Assembly: GCA_037380845.1 (NCBI GenBank)
Contig: JARRRI010000022.1
Location: 73,289-137,288 of the forward strand
Reading direction: 5' to 3'
Source of the DNA: Candidatus Sulfobium sp.
GTDB taxonomy: Bacteria > Nitrospirota > Thermodesulfovibrionia > Thermodesulfovibrionales > UBA6898
DNA length: 64,000 nucleotides
Made by a program: the position numbers and the translations under genes. Positions 1 through 8,708 of this stretch are shown here, in pieces (within the stretch, counting starts at the first letter, position 1; every line of letters starts with the position of its first letter). The notes beneath the pieces were generated by a model that did not search any database, had not been told where the DNA came from, and saw only the letters and a program-made list of their open reading frames with translations.

Positions 1-177
1 TTCTTTCCTGATCCACATATCGCCTACCTCGGTAAGTCCTGCGGCCAGGCCTTTCACCACAATCTGCAGTGGATCCATACCCGCATCGAGAGCTTCCCTG
101 GTGGCAGCCTCCGTGTTGGCAACTGACATCGAAACGATAGACTGATGAATCTTGTCCAACAACTCCTCTTTTGCCAT
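1..177 (-). CDS. Corrinoid (B12-binding) methyltransferase protein, N-terminal part; runs off the window
   Basis: Not in the ORF track. Manual translation MAKEELLDKIHQSIVSMSVANTEAATREALDAGMDPLQIVVKGLAAGLTEVGDMWIRKE resembles the B12-binding cap domain of MttC/MtbC-type proteins; strong RBS AAAGGAGGAG upstream. Confidence 0.8.
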   Translation of the reverse strand, partial: MAKEELLDKIHQSIVSMSVANTEAATREALDAGMDPLQIVVKGLAAGLTEVGDMWIRKE

Positions 178-214
178 CTTTCTCCTCCTTTCCCGGGACA
201 CCTGTGATATATTT

Positions 215-274
215 AAATGTTATCAAATGTTAGAATATGTTGTCAAAGGCTAAAATATAGCAGAATATGTTAAG
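215..274. promoter_or_regulatory. 10-bp-phased direct repeats (AWATGTT) in a divergent promoter; putative operator
   Basis: aaatgttatc/aaatgttaga/atatgttgtc/aaaggctaaa/atatagcaga/atatgttaag; ATGTT at 217, 227, 237 and 267. Confidence 0.6.
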
Positions 275-345
275 ATAGGGTATTTGGTTCGGTATTTTGG
301 AATTAAAAAGATGAAAGCTGTTAATATAACGCGAGGTTGTATGAA

Positions 346-797
346 ATGGAGTTTCTGACTATAGAAGAAGTAGCAAGGATCCTGAAGATGCACACCAATA
401 CGGTATATAAAATGTGCCGCGAGGGAAAGCTGCCTGCGGTCAAGATCGGAAAGGAATGGAGAATCAGCGCTGCCCGCTTTTCGCAATTCCTTGAGAGGGG
501 AACCGGTGCAGGGAGCACTAATGCCGGGGAGGGTATCTTTCGGGACATTTTCAGAGGTGGACATGTCCTCGGCGTTTTCACGGAGAAAGAAGATATCCTG
601 CCCTTATGGAGTTCGAAGATGCCCTTGATAAGGGCCTGCAGGGCCTGCCGGTGACAGGTGTCTGCTCGTATCACATGGACTGCAGCGTGGCTGACAGCTT
701 TGCACGGCTGGCAGACCTGGTTTCGCGCCACGACCGTCTTTTCATCCGGACGCCCGAAAGATGGGTCGCTGCCCGCGACATCCGCACGTCCTTCTGA
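346..797 (+). pseudogene. Excisionase-like HTH (HTH_17) + MEDS-like sensory-domain regulator, internally deleted/frameshifted near 600
   Basis: MEFLTIEEVARILKMHTNTVYKMCREGKLPAVKIGKEWRI is HTH_17; GHVLGVF resembles the MEDS start; a second frame ALMEFEDALDKGLQGLPVTGVCSY...LVSRH resembles the MEDS end; the middle is missing. Confidence 0.65.
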
Positions 798-819
798 TCA
801 AAAAAAGCACAATGAAGAT

Positions 820-1947
820 ATGAAGACCGCCTTCATTTACTCCGGAGACTTCGCGAAGTACGACTACGGTCAGGATCATCCGCTCAAGCCCTTCAGGTTG
901 AAGCTTACCCGCGACCTGATAAATGCATATGGTCTCCTCTCTCGACCGGACACCATCCTTGTCGAGGCGAAGCCGGCCGCGGACGCAGACCTGCTCCTTT
1001 ATCACACGAAAGAATATATTGACCTCCTCAAGTCTGCAAACGCCGGCCTCCGCATGCCGGAACAGGAACGTTACGGACTGGGCGCAGGGGACAATCCCGT
1101 ATTCAAAGGCGTTTTCGACTGGTCAACACTGGTGACGGGTGCAACTCTCCAGGCTTCCGACCTCGTGGACAGCGGTCAGGTACAGGCCGCCTTCAACATC
1201 TCGGGCGGTCTCCATCATGCCCTCTCCTCCCGCGCTTCCGGATTCTGCTACATAAACGACCCTGTAGTCGCCATCTCCTCCCTTGTAAGAAAGGGAAGGA
1301 GGGTTGCCTATGTCGACATCGATGCCCATCACGGCGACGGGGTGCAGGATGCTTTCTACCGTACCAACAGGGTGCTGACGATATCCTTCCATGAATCAGG
1401 CCGGTACCTCTTCCCCGGTACGGGTTTCGAAAATGAAACAGGCGAAGGTGAGGGAGAAGGCTACTCCGTTAACGTTCCAATGCCACCTGCGTCCGACGAC
1501 GAGCTTTTCGTTTCCGCCTTCGACGAGCTGGTACCGCCGCTGCTCGAAAAGTTCAGGCCTGACGTCATCGTAAGCCAGCTCGGCGTCGACTCGTTCGTGG
1601 GCGACCCCCTGGCGCACCTGAACTATACGACGAACGGCTTCTGTGAAGTCATCGGTAAGATGACAGCGCTTTCTCCAAAATGGATCGCCCTCGGGGGCGG
1701 AGGATACGAGATAACCAACGTGGCCAGGGCGTGGACCCTCGCCTGGGCGATCATGAACGGCGTCGAGCTGCCCGATGAGCTGCCAGCTCCGTTTCTAGAA
1801 CAGTATCCCCTCGACGGATTCAGGAGCGGAAAGCTGAGGGATGCGAAGCATCAAGAAAAAAGGACGAAAAAAGAGATGAGAAGGGAGGAGGTGGAAAGGG
1901 CAGTAGCGGTGATCAAGGAAAAAGTGTTTCCTCTGGTGCACTTTTAA
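820..1947 (+). CDS. acuC: Acetoin utilization protein AcuC / histone deacetylase family
   Basis: HPLKPFRL, GGLHHA, SGFCYIND, DIDAHHGDG, LGGGGY motifs; start moved to ATG 820. Confidence 0.9.
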   Translation: MKTAFIYSGDFAKYDYGQDHPLKPFRLKLTRDLINAYGLLSRPDTILVEAKPAADADLLLYHTKEYIDLLKSANAGLRMPEQERYGLGAGDNPVFKGVFDWSTLVTGATLQASDLVDSGQVQAAFNISGGLHHALSSRASGFCYINDPVVAISSLVRKGRRVAYVDIDAHHGDGVQDAFYRTNRVLTISFHESGRYLFPGTGFENETGEGEGEGYSVNVPMPPASDDELFVSAFDELVPPLLEKFRPDVIVSQLGVDSFVGDPLAHLNYTTNGFCEVIGKMTALSPKWIALGGGGYEITNVARAWTLAWAIMNGVELPDELPAPFLEQYPLDGFRSGKLRDAKHQEKRTKKEMRREEVERAVAVIKEKVFPLVHF

Positions 1948-2015
1948 GACCCTCGGCCGGCAGACCCTCACACTGCCCGGCTTTCTTATCTGCGGCTCGT
2001 TGTTTCCTCGAGATG

Positions 2016-3422
2016 TCAGTGACGTGCCAGTCCGGTCCGCTTCGCCACTTCCTCCACGGCGCGGGCCACGGAAGAGACGACGCTCTTGTCGAATATGCTG
2101 GGCACTATGTAATCTTCATGCAATTCATCGTCCCTGACTGTATGGGCAATGGCCTCGGCAGCGGCGAACTTGATCTCCTCGTTCACGCCTTTCGCCCTTG
2201 CATCCAGGAGCCCCCTGAAAATGCCGGGGAATCCGAGCATGTTGTTGATCTGGTTGGGGTAGTCGGACCTGCCTGTGGCCAGGACCCTCACCAGCGGCAG
2301 CGCATCCTCCGGACAGATCTCCGGTTCGGGGTTGGCAAGGGCGAAGACAGCCGGCTGGGCCGACATCAGCATCACGTCAGCGGGGGTAATGATTTCCGGG
2401 ACTGAAAGCCCTATGAACACATCGGCGCCCTTCATGGCGTCGGATATGGTGCCTCTTATCTCCCCGCGGTTCGTTTTCCGCGCCAGTATTTTCTTATAAG
2501 AATTCATGTGCTTCCTCCTGCCCTGATAAATAACACCCTCGCTGTCGCAGACGATTATATCTTCCACCCCGTAGGCGGAAAGCATCAGCGCGTTTGCCGT
2601 TCCTGCGGCTCCGGCTCCCGATATGACTATCCGGAAGTTCCTTACGTTCTTTTTCATGAGCCTGGCGACGTTGATCAAGGCGGCCAGCACAACTATCGCC
2701 GTCCCGTGCTGGTCGTCGTGTATGACAGGCATGCTCAGCCTTTTCCGGAGCTCGGCCTCGATCCCGAAGCATCTCGGGGCGGATATGTCTTCCAGGTTTA
2801 TTCCGCCGAACGGGACTGATATGTTCTCAACGGTGCGTATTATCTCATCGGGCTCCTTTGTTGCCAGGGCGATCGGGAATGCGTCGATGTCGGCAAACTC
2901 CTTGAATATCATGGCCTTTCCTTCCATCACCGGCATCGCGGCCTCCGGTCCGATGTCCCCCAGGCCCAGAACCGCAGTCCCGTCGGTAATTACGGCTACG
3001 GAGTTGGCTTTTATGGTATACCTGTAGGCGTGCTCCCTGTTTTCATGGATGTCCATGCAGACCCTGGCGACTCCCGGCGTGTATACCTTTGAAAGGTCGT
3101 TACGGTCCCGCAGGGGGATCTTGTTGTGAATCTCGATCTTCCCTCCCTGATGGACCGAGAAGGTACGGTCCATGACCCTGAGTATCCTGACCCCTTCCAG
3201 ATTTCTGACGGCCTTCACTATCTCTTTCTCATGCGCCTCGTCCCTGGCGTTGACCGTCACGACCCTTACTACCTTCCCGGGTTCGGCGCGCACGATGTCG
3301 ACCGCACCGAGATCGCCGCCGGCCTGTCCGATCGCGGTTGCGACCGCGGCGAACATGCCTATCCGGTTTTCCATCTCTATCCGTATGGTTATGCTGTAAC
3401 TGGGACCCGGTATGTGGAACAT
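2016..3422 (-). CDS. NAD-dependent malic enzyme with N-terminal ACT domain
   Basis: VYTPGVA, TDGTAVLGLGDIGP, EGKAMIFK, NLEDI, HDDQHGT, GAGAAG, ATGRSDYPNQINN; RBS GGAGG before ATG 3422. Confidence 0.92.
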   Translation of the reverse strand: MFHIPGPSYSITIRIEMENRIGMFAAVATAIGQAGGDLGAVDIVRAEPGKVVRVVTVNARDEAHEKEIVKAVRNLEGVRILRVMDRTFSVHQGGKIEIHNKIPLRDRNDLSKVYTPGVARVCMDIHENREHAYRYTIKANSVAVITDGTAVLGLGDIGPEAAMPVMEGKAMIFKEFADIDAFPIALATKEPDEIIRTVENISVPFGGINLEDISAPRCFGIEAELRKRLSMPVIHDDQHGTAIVVLAALINVARLMKKNVRNFRIVISGAGAAGTANALMLSAYGVEDIIVCDSEGVIYQGRRKHMNSYKKILARKTNRGEIRGTISDAMKGADVFIGLSVPEIITPADVMLMSAQPAVFALANPEPEICPEDALPLVRVLATGRSDYPNQINNMLGFPGIFRGLLDARAKGVNEEIKFAAAEAIAHTVRDDELHEDYIVPSIFDKSVVSSVARAVEEVAKRTGLARH

Positions 3423-3575
3423 CACCGTAACCTCCGCCCTTGCCGTTATCTCCATTATCTCACACTCCAAAGCCGCGGAGAAGATGGTCGAAAAATTACG
3501 GGCGGCACCCTGCCTGCAGGCGTTGTGAGGTTTTCAGAAGACCTACGGTTACAAAAAGGCTTGAATTCCAGGTCC

Positions 3576-3715
3576 GTCATTCCCGGGGCAGCAGTCGGAT
3601 CGAAGCGACCCTGCGCGGAGACCCGCTTCAGGACTCGCATCGGGAATCCATTTTTCAGCCGGATTGGATGCCTGCCTGCCGGCAGGCGGCCCCGATTAAG
3701 GTCCCCGGTTATGAC
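3576..3715. repeat. GTCATTCCCG...CGGGAATCCA...ATGAC palindromic (REP-like) element with nested inserts
   Basis: Same termini as the copies at 6420, 20768 and 39035; contains nested cctgcctgccggcaggc. Confidence 0.75.
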
Positions 3716-3811
3716 GAATGATACTATGAGATCGTGACTGCCCAGGGCGATTTCACCGCAGAGGCGAGCTTTATATACAGCTCGCAGAGCGTGGTACCGC
3801 CCCAAGATTCC

Positions 3812-4129
3812 TCATCCCATAAAAGAGCAGCAGTAATCGGTGAGTGCCTTCACTTTCATTTTGAACTTCGAATTCCCATCCACCTCGAAGGACTCCCCCG
3901 CCTTTATGTCCTTCCACTCACTCTCTCCCGGCAGGAGCACAGACAGCTCTCCGAGGGTGATCTCCATAAGCTCCCGGTCGGAGGTGCTGAACTCATACTC
4001 ACCGGGCTGCATGATACCCAGCGTTTTCTTCGATCCGTCCTCGAAAAGGACTGTCCTGCTGGTTACATTGCCGTCAAAATAAACATTGGCCTTCTTGACG
4101 ACCGTTACATTTTTGAACTCCTCCGCCAT
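3812..4129 (-). CDS. ppnP: Pyrimidine/purine nucleoside phosphorylase (DUF1255)
   Basis: [39 protein letters not shown]. Confidence 0.9.
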   Translation of the reverse strand: MAEEFKNVTVVKKANVYFDGNVTSRTVLFEDGSKKTLGIMQPGEYEFSTSDRELMEITLGELSVLLPGESEWKDIKAGESFEVDGNSKFKMKVKALTDYCCSFMG

Positions 4130-4238
4130 AATGCCACCTCCTCAGCCTCAGATTATCGCAAGAAAAATTTCCACCATCGATTAACTCAGATGAACACGGA
4201 TAAAGTGGACTCCTCATAGAATTATACCCGGCCCTGCC

Positions 4239-5708
4239 CTATTCGTCCTCCACCACTTCAGGCCCGCACGCCCTGCCCTTCAGGCCGAAGAAAAACTTCA
4301 GGGCTTTTTTCACCTTTTCCGAAAAAACCTTTCCGGAAAAGAAGTTCCCGACAACCTTTTTGTTGATTTCCGCAAGCGTCGGGTAGGGGTGCACCGCAGA
4401 CGCAAGGGTCGAAAGCCTGACCCTGCCGTCCAGCATCGCGATCCATTCTCCTATCAGCTCCCCGGCATGAGGACCGAGGATCTGGATGCCCAGGGGTTTT
4501 TCCTTTCCGTCGAGGAGGAGCTTTATCTTTCCGACCTCCTCTGCTTCGGCAAGGCTCCTGTCATTGGACCGGAATTCCTCCGTCCAGACCGAATATTCGA
4601 TCCCGGCCTTTTTTGCCGCCTTCTCGTTCATGCCTATGCTTGCAAGTTCCGGGTCCGTAAAGGTGACCCAGGGGAAATTGGTATAGTCAACTTTTCTGGG
4701 CAGACGGAGGACGGAATTGCTCAGCACTATACTCCCCTCGTAGCCGGCCGCATGGGTGAAAAGATATTGTCCGGTCACGTCGCCGGCCCCGTAAATATGC
4801 TTGTGGTTGGTCCTCAGGCGGCTGTCGACCTTCAGGCCGTGTCTGTCGCAATCCACAGATATTTCCTGCAATCCGAAACGATCGATATTGGGCTTTCTGC
4901 CCGTCGCCACAAGTATGGCGTCGGCCTTCAGACTGTGTACCTGGCCTTCGCCGTTTCTGATGACGACCTCTTTTTGGCCGCCGAGGTCCCGGGTGCTGAG
5001 AGTAGTTGAATCCAGATAGAACGACATGCCCTCCCCGGCGAGGACTTTCATGATCCGGTCGGCCATGTCCCTGTCTTCCTTGTTGAGGATCTGATCGCCG
5101 CGCTCGATGAGCGTTACCTTCGTGCCCAGCCTGCTGAATGCCTGTGCAAACTCGATGGCTATCGGACCTGCGCCGATGGTGATCATGGTCTTCGGCAGGC
5201 TTTCGAGGGAAAATATTTCCTTGTTCGTGATGTAAGGTGTCCTGTCGAGGCCCTCTATGGGCGGGACAGAGGGGGAAGAGCCCGACGAGATGACCCAGTT
5301 CTTTGCGGAATAAGTCTTGCCGTTAACCCTGACTGAATGCTCATCGACGAAACAGCCGTCCCCGAACTCGACTTTCACGCCCAGTCCGCAGAAACGTTCC
5401 TTCGAATCATGCTTCTGTATAAGGCCGATTACGTACTGTATCCTCTTAGCCACTTCCCTGTAATCGACAGGCTTCGGATCGACGCGCGGAAGTCCGAACT
5501 TCTCCGCATTCTTCATCAGGTGGTAAACACGGGCCGTCCTGATAAGGGTCTTGCTGGGTACGCAACCGAAATGAAGGCAGTCGCCTCCCAGTTCTTTCCA
5601 TTTTTCGATAAGCAGCGTCCTGCCCCCGAACCGTGCGGCTCCGGCTGCAACCGTGAGGCCCGCCGCCCCTCCGCCGAGGATGCCTATATCAAAATCGTAC
5701 CCGGCCAT
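4239..5708 (-). CDS. FAD-dependent pyridine nucleotide-disulfide oxidoreductase (dihydrolipoamide dehydrogenase/mercuric reductase-like)
   Basis: GGGAAG, GGDCLHFGCVPSK, GAGPIAIE, FTHAA, HPYPT. Confidence 0.88.
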   Translation of the reverse strand: MAGYDFDIGILGGGAAGLTVAAGAARFGGRTLLIEKWKELGGDCLHFGCVPSKTLIRTARVYHLMKNAEKFGLPRVDPKPVDYREVAKRIQYVIGLIQKHDSKERFCGLGVKVEFGDGCFVDEHSVRVNGKTYSAKNWVISSGSSPSVPPIEGLDRTPYITNKEIFSLESLPKTMITIGAGPIAIEFAQAFSRLGTKVTLIERGDQILNKEDRDMADRIMKVLAGEGMSFYLDSTTLSTRDLGGQKEVVIRNGEGQVHSLKADAILVATGRKPNIDRFGLQEISVDCDRHGLKVDSRLRTNHKHIYGAGDVTGQYLFTHAAGYEGSIVLSNSVLRLPRKVDYTNFPWVTFTDPELASIGMNEKAAKKAGIEYSVWTEEFRSNDRSLAEAEEVGKIKLLLDGKEKPLGIQILGPHAGELIGEWIAMLDGRVRLSTLASAVHPYPTLAEINKKVVGNFFSGKVFSEKVKKALKFFFGLKGRACGPEVVEDE

Positions 5709-5732
5709 TCCACCTCCTTCGTTGAAATGATA

Positions 5733-6405
5733 TCATGCCTGCCTGTTCTTTTTCGATCTGAGCAGGGCGACTGTTTTCTTCGCCGCGATGGGGAATATTC
5801 CGAGCAGCGCAAAAGAGATGATCAGGCCCGGGGAAAAAATGCCTGAAAGCGACTCGATCTGTCCCAGTTCCTTGCCGGCATTGACATATACGATCGTACC
5901 CGGGATCATGCCCAGCTGCGAGACCCAGTAAAACCTGCGCAGGGGCATCCGCGTAAGCCCCATCACCAGGTTTATCAGCCAGAAAGGGAAAACGGGGACC
6001 AGCCTGAGGGTGAAAAGATAAAAGGCGCCTTCCCTCTCTATCCCTTCGTTCACGCGTTTCAGTTTTTCACCGAACCTGCTCTGCACCCAGTCCCTCAGCA
6101 CGAACCTGGCGGCAAAACAGGCCAGGGTGGCGCCGATGCTGCTGGCAAAGGACACGACGATCGTTCCGGTCCACAGGCCGAAGAGCGCGCCCCCGGCGAT
6201 GGTGAGCGCCGCGGCGCCGGGAAGCGAAAGGGAGGTGACCAGGATGTAGGCCCCCATGAAAGCTGCGATTACCGAAAAACGATGGGCGGCATAAAGGGTT
6301 TCGAACCTTTCCCTGGAGGACTTGATATAGGCGAGGCTGAAATAATCCTGCAGGTTCAGAAATTTAAAGAGGAGGATCGCCCCGATGATAAGCCCGAAAA
6401 TGCTA
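5733..6405 (-). CDS. TVP38/TMEM64 (DedA/VTT) membrane protein; 5' end lacks an in-frame start
   Basis: SLSLPGAAALTIAGGALFG, LRLVPVFPFWLIN, SQLGMIPGT; frame stays open ~50 codons upstream of ATG 6257 (SIFGLIIGAILLFKFLNLQDYFSL...) up to the REP element. Confidence 0.8.
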
Positions 6406-6419
6406 TAAGTCTCTGAGTC

Positions 6420-6518
6420 GTCATTCCCGAGGTATCAGTCGGGAACCCATTTTCATAACATCAAGAAAACATGGATGCCCGCCCCTGGCTGCCGGCAGGC
6501 AGGTTTGCGGGTATAACG
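6420..6518. repeat. GTCATTCCCG-family REP-like element
   Basis: gtcattcccgaggtatcagtcgggaaccca...tggatgcccg...gcgggtataac; nested ctgccggcaggcagg. Confidence 0.7.
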
Positions 6519-6703
6519 CACACAAGGTCTTCTTGATCCGCCCTCGTAATCATCCAGCCTTCCCTTTCCGTGGAAAGAAAATCTCTAATTCTCCCGGGAT
6601 AACGCTCCCGCTTTCGGCCCCTCTTCAGATAAGCGGGAGAGAGGGGAGTCATGGTCCGGACAGAGAGCAGGGAGATTTTCCGGAGATGTCGTGCAATGCC
6701 CGG

Positions 6704-7669
6704 TCATCCGCTCTTCAGCAACTGCCTCCCAAAAAAAGCGCCTCCCCACAGGCCGCTGTTTTCGTCCTTCACCAGAAATACCGGCACCTTGCTGAGCAGA
6801 TGGGCAAGAGTGTCCGAGCTTCTGAACTCCAGCTCGAAATCCTTGCCGGTGACCAGTTCAGGTATTCTTGCCGCAACCCCGCCCGCGATGTAAAGTCCGC
6901 CCAGGGCGAGGGTCTCCAGGACGAAGTTTCGGCAGGCCCGGCCGTAAAACTTCGACATCCATCCTGATGTCTCCGGATGCTCAACTATCCTTTCGGCCAC
7001 CTCCTCGGGCTTCAGCCTCTCCCCGTTCAGAAACTGGTGGATATAACTGAGGCCCCTCCCGGAGACGACGATGTTGCCCGTAATATATTTGTCTCTTCTT
7101 TCTCTCAGGAGAAACTCCTGGAACTGACACTCCTGCTGCGAGACAAAGGGAAAATTCGCATGCCCCCCCTCCGAGGGCAAGGCGATGTAGCCGCCCTTGC
7201 CGTCCTGTATGAGGACGGCCTTTCCCAATCCCGTGCCCGCGCCTATAGCACCGATTGCGGCCCCCGGCGCCGCTTCCCCCGGGAGTACCTCCTCGGCGGC
7301 CTCTCCGGCCGGGGTGCGGCAGGCATATGCCTGGGCCACGAAGTCGTTGATCAGCGCCGACCTTTTGAAATTGTGCTCCTCCCGGGCGTTCGAGAGGTCT
7401 ATGGTCCATGATATGAAAGGAGGAGAGCTCTTTACCCCGGCCTCTATCGGTCCGGCTATGGCAATAACGACTATATCGGCCTCCTCGGGTCTCAGAGACG
7501 CCCCGCTCTCCCGCAGCTTATCGAGCAGTTCTCCGAAGGACCGGACGTCCGTCGTTTTCAGCCATTTGACCTCAATCAGCTTCAGGCCGCCATCAGAGTC
7601 GGCAGTGAAGTGGGCAAAACGGCTGTGGGTGCCTCCGATGTCGGCGCTGAGAATATTCCAATCCGGCAT
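6704..7669 (-). CDS. glk: Glucokinase
   Basis: ADIGGTHSRF, INDFVAQAY, GAGTGLG, PSEGGH, VSGRGL, GGLYIAGG. Confidence 0.9.
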   Translation of the reverse strand: MPDWNILSADIGGTHSRFAHFTADSDGGLKLIEVKWLKTTDVRSFGELLDKLRESGASLRPEEADIVVIAIAGPIEAGVKSSPPFISWTIDLSNAREEHNFKRSALINDFVAQAYACRTPAGEAAEEVLPGEAAPGAAIGAIGAGTGLGKAVLIQDGKGGYIALPSEGGHANFPFVSQQECQFQEFLLRERRDKYITGNIVVSGRGLSYIHQFLNGERLKPEEVAERIVEHPETSGWMSKFYGRACRNFVLETLALGGLYIAGGVAARIPELVTGKDFELEFRSSDTLAHLLSKVPVFLVKDENSGLWGGAFFGRQLLKSG

Positions 7670-7792
7670 ATTGTTAATGATATCACTTTATCAGGGGGTT
7701 TAGAACCGGAAAGCCGCAGATCCGGGCAAAATTGCGGGTTATGCTAAATCCGAATGATGGAATTGTGACATGAAGTCGGCTCCTGGTCAGCC

Positions 7793-7801
7793 TGCTATAA
7801 T
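7793..7801 (+). promoter_or_regulatory. Extended -10 promoter (TGCTATAAT), likely leaderless transcript
   Basis: TATAAT at 7796-7801, 6 nt before ATG 7808; no RBS. Confidence 0.55.
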
Positions 7802-7807
7802 GTACCC

Positions 7808-8641
7808 ATGAGCATTTCGAAGAGGAGGCTCGGAAAGACAGGCGTCGACATCACCATTCTCGGCCTTGGAGGCGAAGGGGTCCTGAGGACGTATGGTTAC
7901 GACAAACAGGCGTATGAGCTGATCAACAAGGCCATAGACCTCGGCATTACCTATTTCGAATCGGCGAGGGCGTATTCCGGAAGCGAGTCTTATTACGGCA
8001 AGGCCCTCGGGAAAAGGAGAAAAGAGATCTTCCTGGCGAGCAAATCCCATGCAAGAGACAAAAAGGGGGCCCTTCAGCACCTGCGCGAGACTCTGGAGAA
8101 CATGAAGACAGACCATCTGGATCTCTGGCAGGTTCATGATATGAGGACCGAAGAGGAAGTAGAGGAGATATTCGGTCCCGGGGGAGCGCTGGAGGCATTC
8201 CGGGAGGCAAGGGAAAAAGGTCTGGTGAGGTTTATCGGTATCACGGGACACCACGATCCGGCCGTTCTTCTGAGGTGCATGAAACGTTTTCATTTCGATA
8301 CCGTGCTCATTCCCGTAAATCCCGCGGAGCCGGCCTACAGGAGTTTCATAGAGGAAGTAATACCGGTTGCCAAAGAAAAGGGAACGGGTATCGTCGGGAT
8401 GAAGGTCTATCTCCGGGGCCTCGCGACAAGGTCGCCCGGCTTTACGTCCCTTGAGCCTTTTTACAGGTACGCACTTTCCCAGCCCATAACCACGGCGGTC
8501 ATCGGCTGCGACGACATCGAACAACTGAAAGAGAATGTCAGGCTCGCCATATCCTTCGAGACCATGTCTGCCGGGGAACAGAGGAAATTGTCAGATGCGG
8601 TTTCCCCTTATGCCGGGCAACTAATGTATTACAAGCCATGA
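7808..8641 (+). CDS. Aldo/keto reductase
   Basis: RRLGKTG..ITILGLG, ESARAYSGSE, DHLDLWQVHD, RFIGITGH, GIVGMK. Confidence 0.9.
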   Translation: MSISKRRLGKTGVDITILGLGGEGVLRTYGYDKQAYELINKAIDLGITYFESARAYSGSESYYGKALGKRRKEIFLASKSHARDKKGALQHLRETLENMKTDHLDLWQVHDMRTEEEVEEIFGPGGALEAFREAREKGLVRFIGITGHHDPAVLLRCMKRFHFDTVLIPVNPAEPAYRSFIEEVIPVAKEKGTGIVGMKVYLRGLATRSPGFTSLEPFYRYALSQPITTAVIGCDDIEQLKENVRLAISFETMSAGEQRKLSDAVSPYAGQLMYYKP

Positions 8642-8708
8642 TCTGCAAAGGGAAGGATTCTCACCGTAGTCGGCGAGCAATGAGGAATAATTATGGTGAT
8701 GGAATTTT

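Noticed and set aside
346..500. Prophage/ICE excisionase
   Set aside because: No integrase or phage genes; the HTH is fused to a sensory-like domain and sits in a divergent regulator position
658..819. N-terminal extensions in the ORF track for acuC (also CLC 18762, ybhF 23361, pckG 44651, dnaA 58786)
   Set aside because: Extensions overlap upstream genes, repeats or regulatory DNA; downstream starts fit family N-termini and/or RBS positions better
4239..5708. Calling the flavoprotein mercuric reductase MerA
   Set aside because: No N-terminal metal-binding domain, no C-terminal Cys-Cys pair and no mer operon; the pairing with a DedA/TVP38 gene fits a different subfamily
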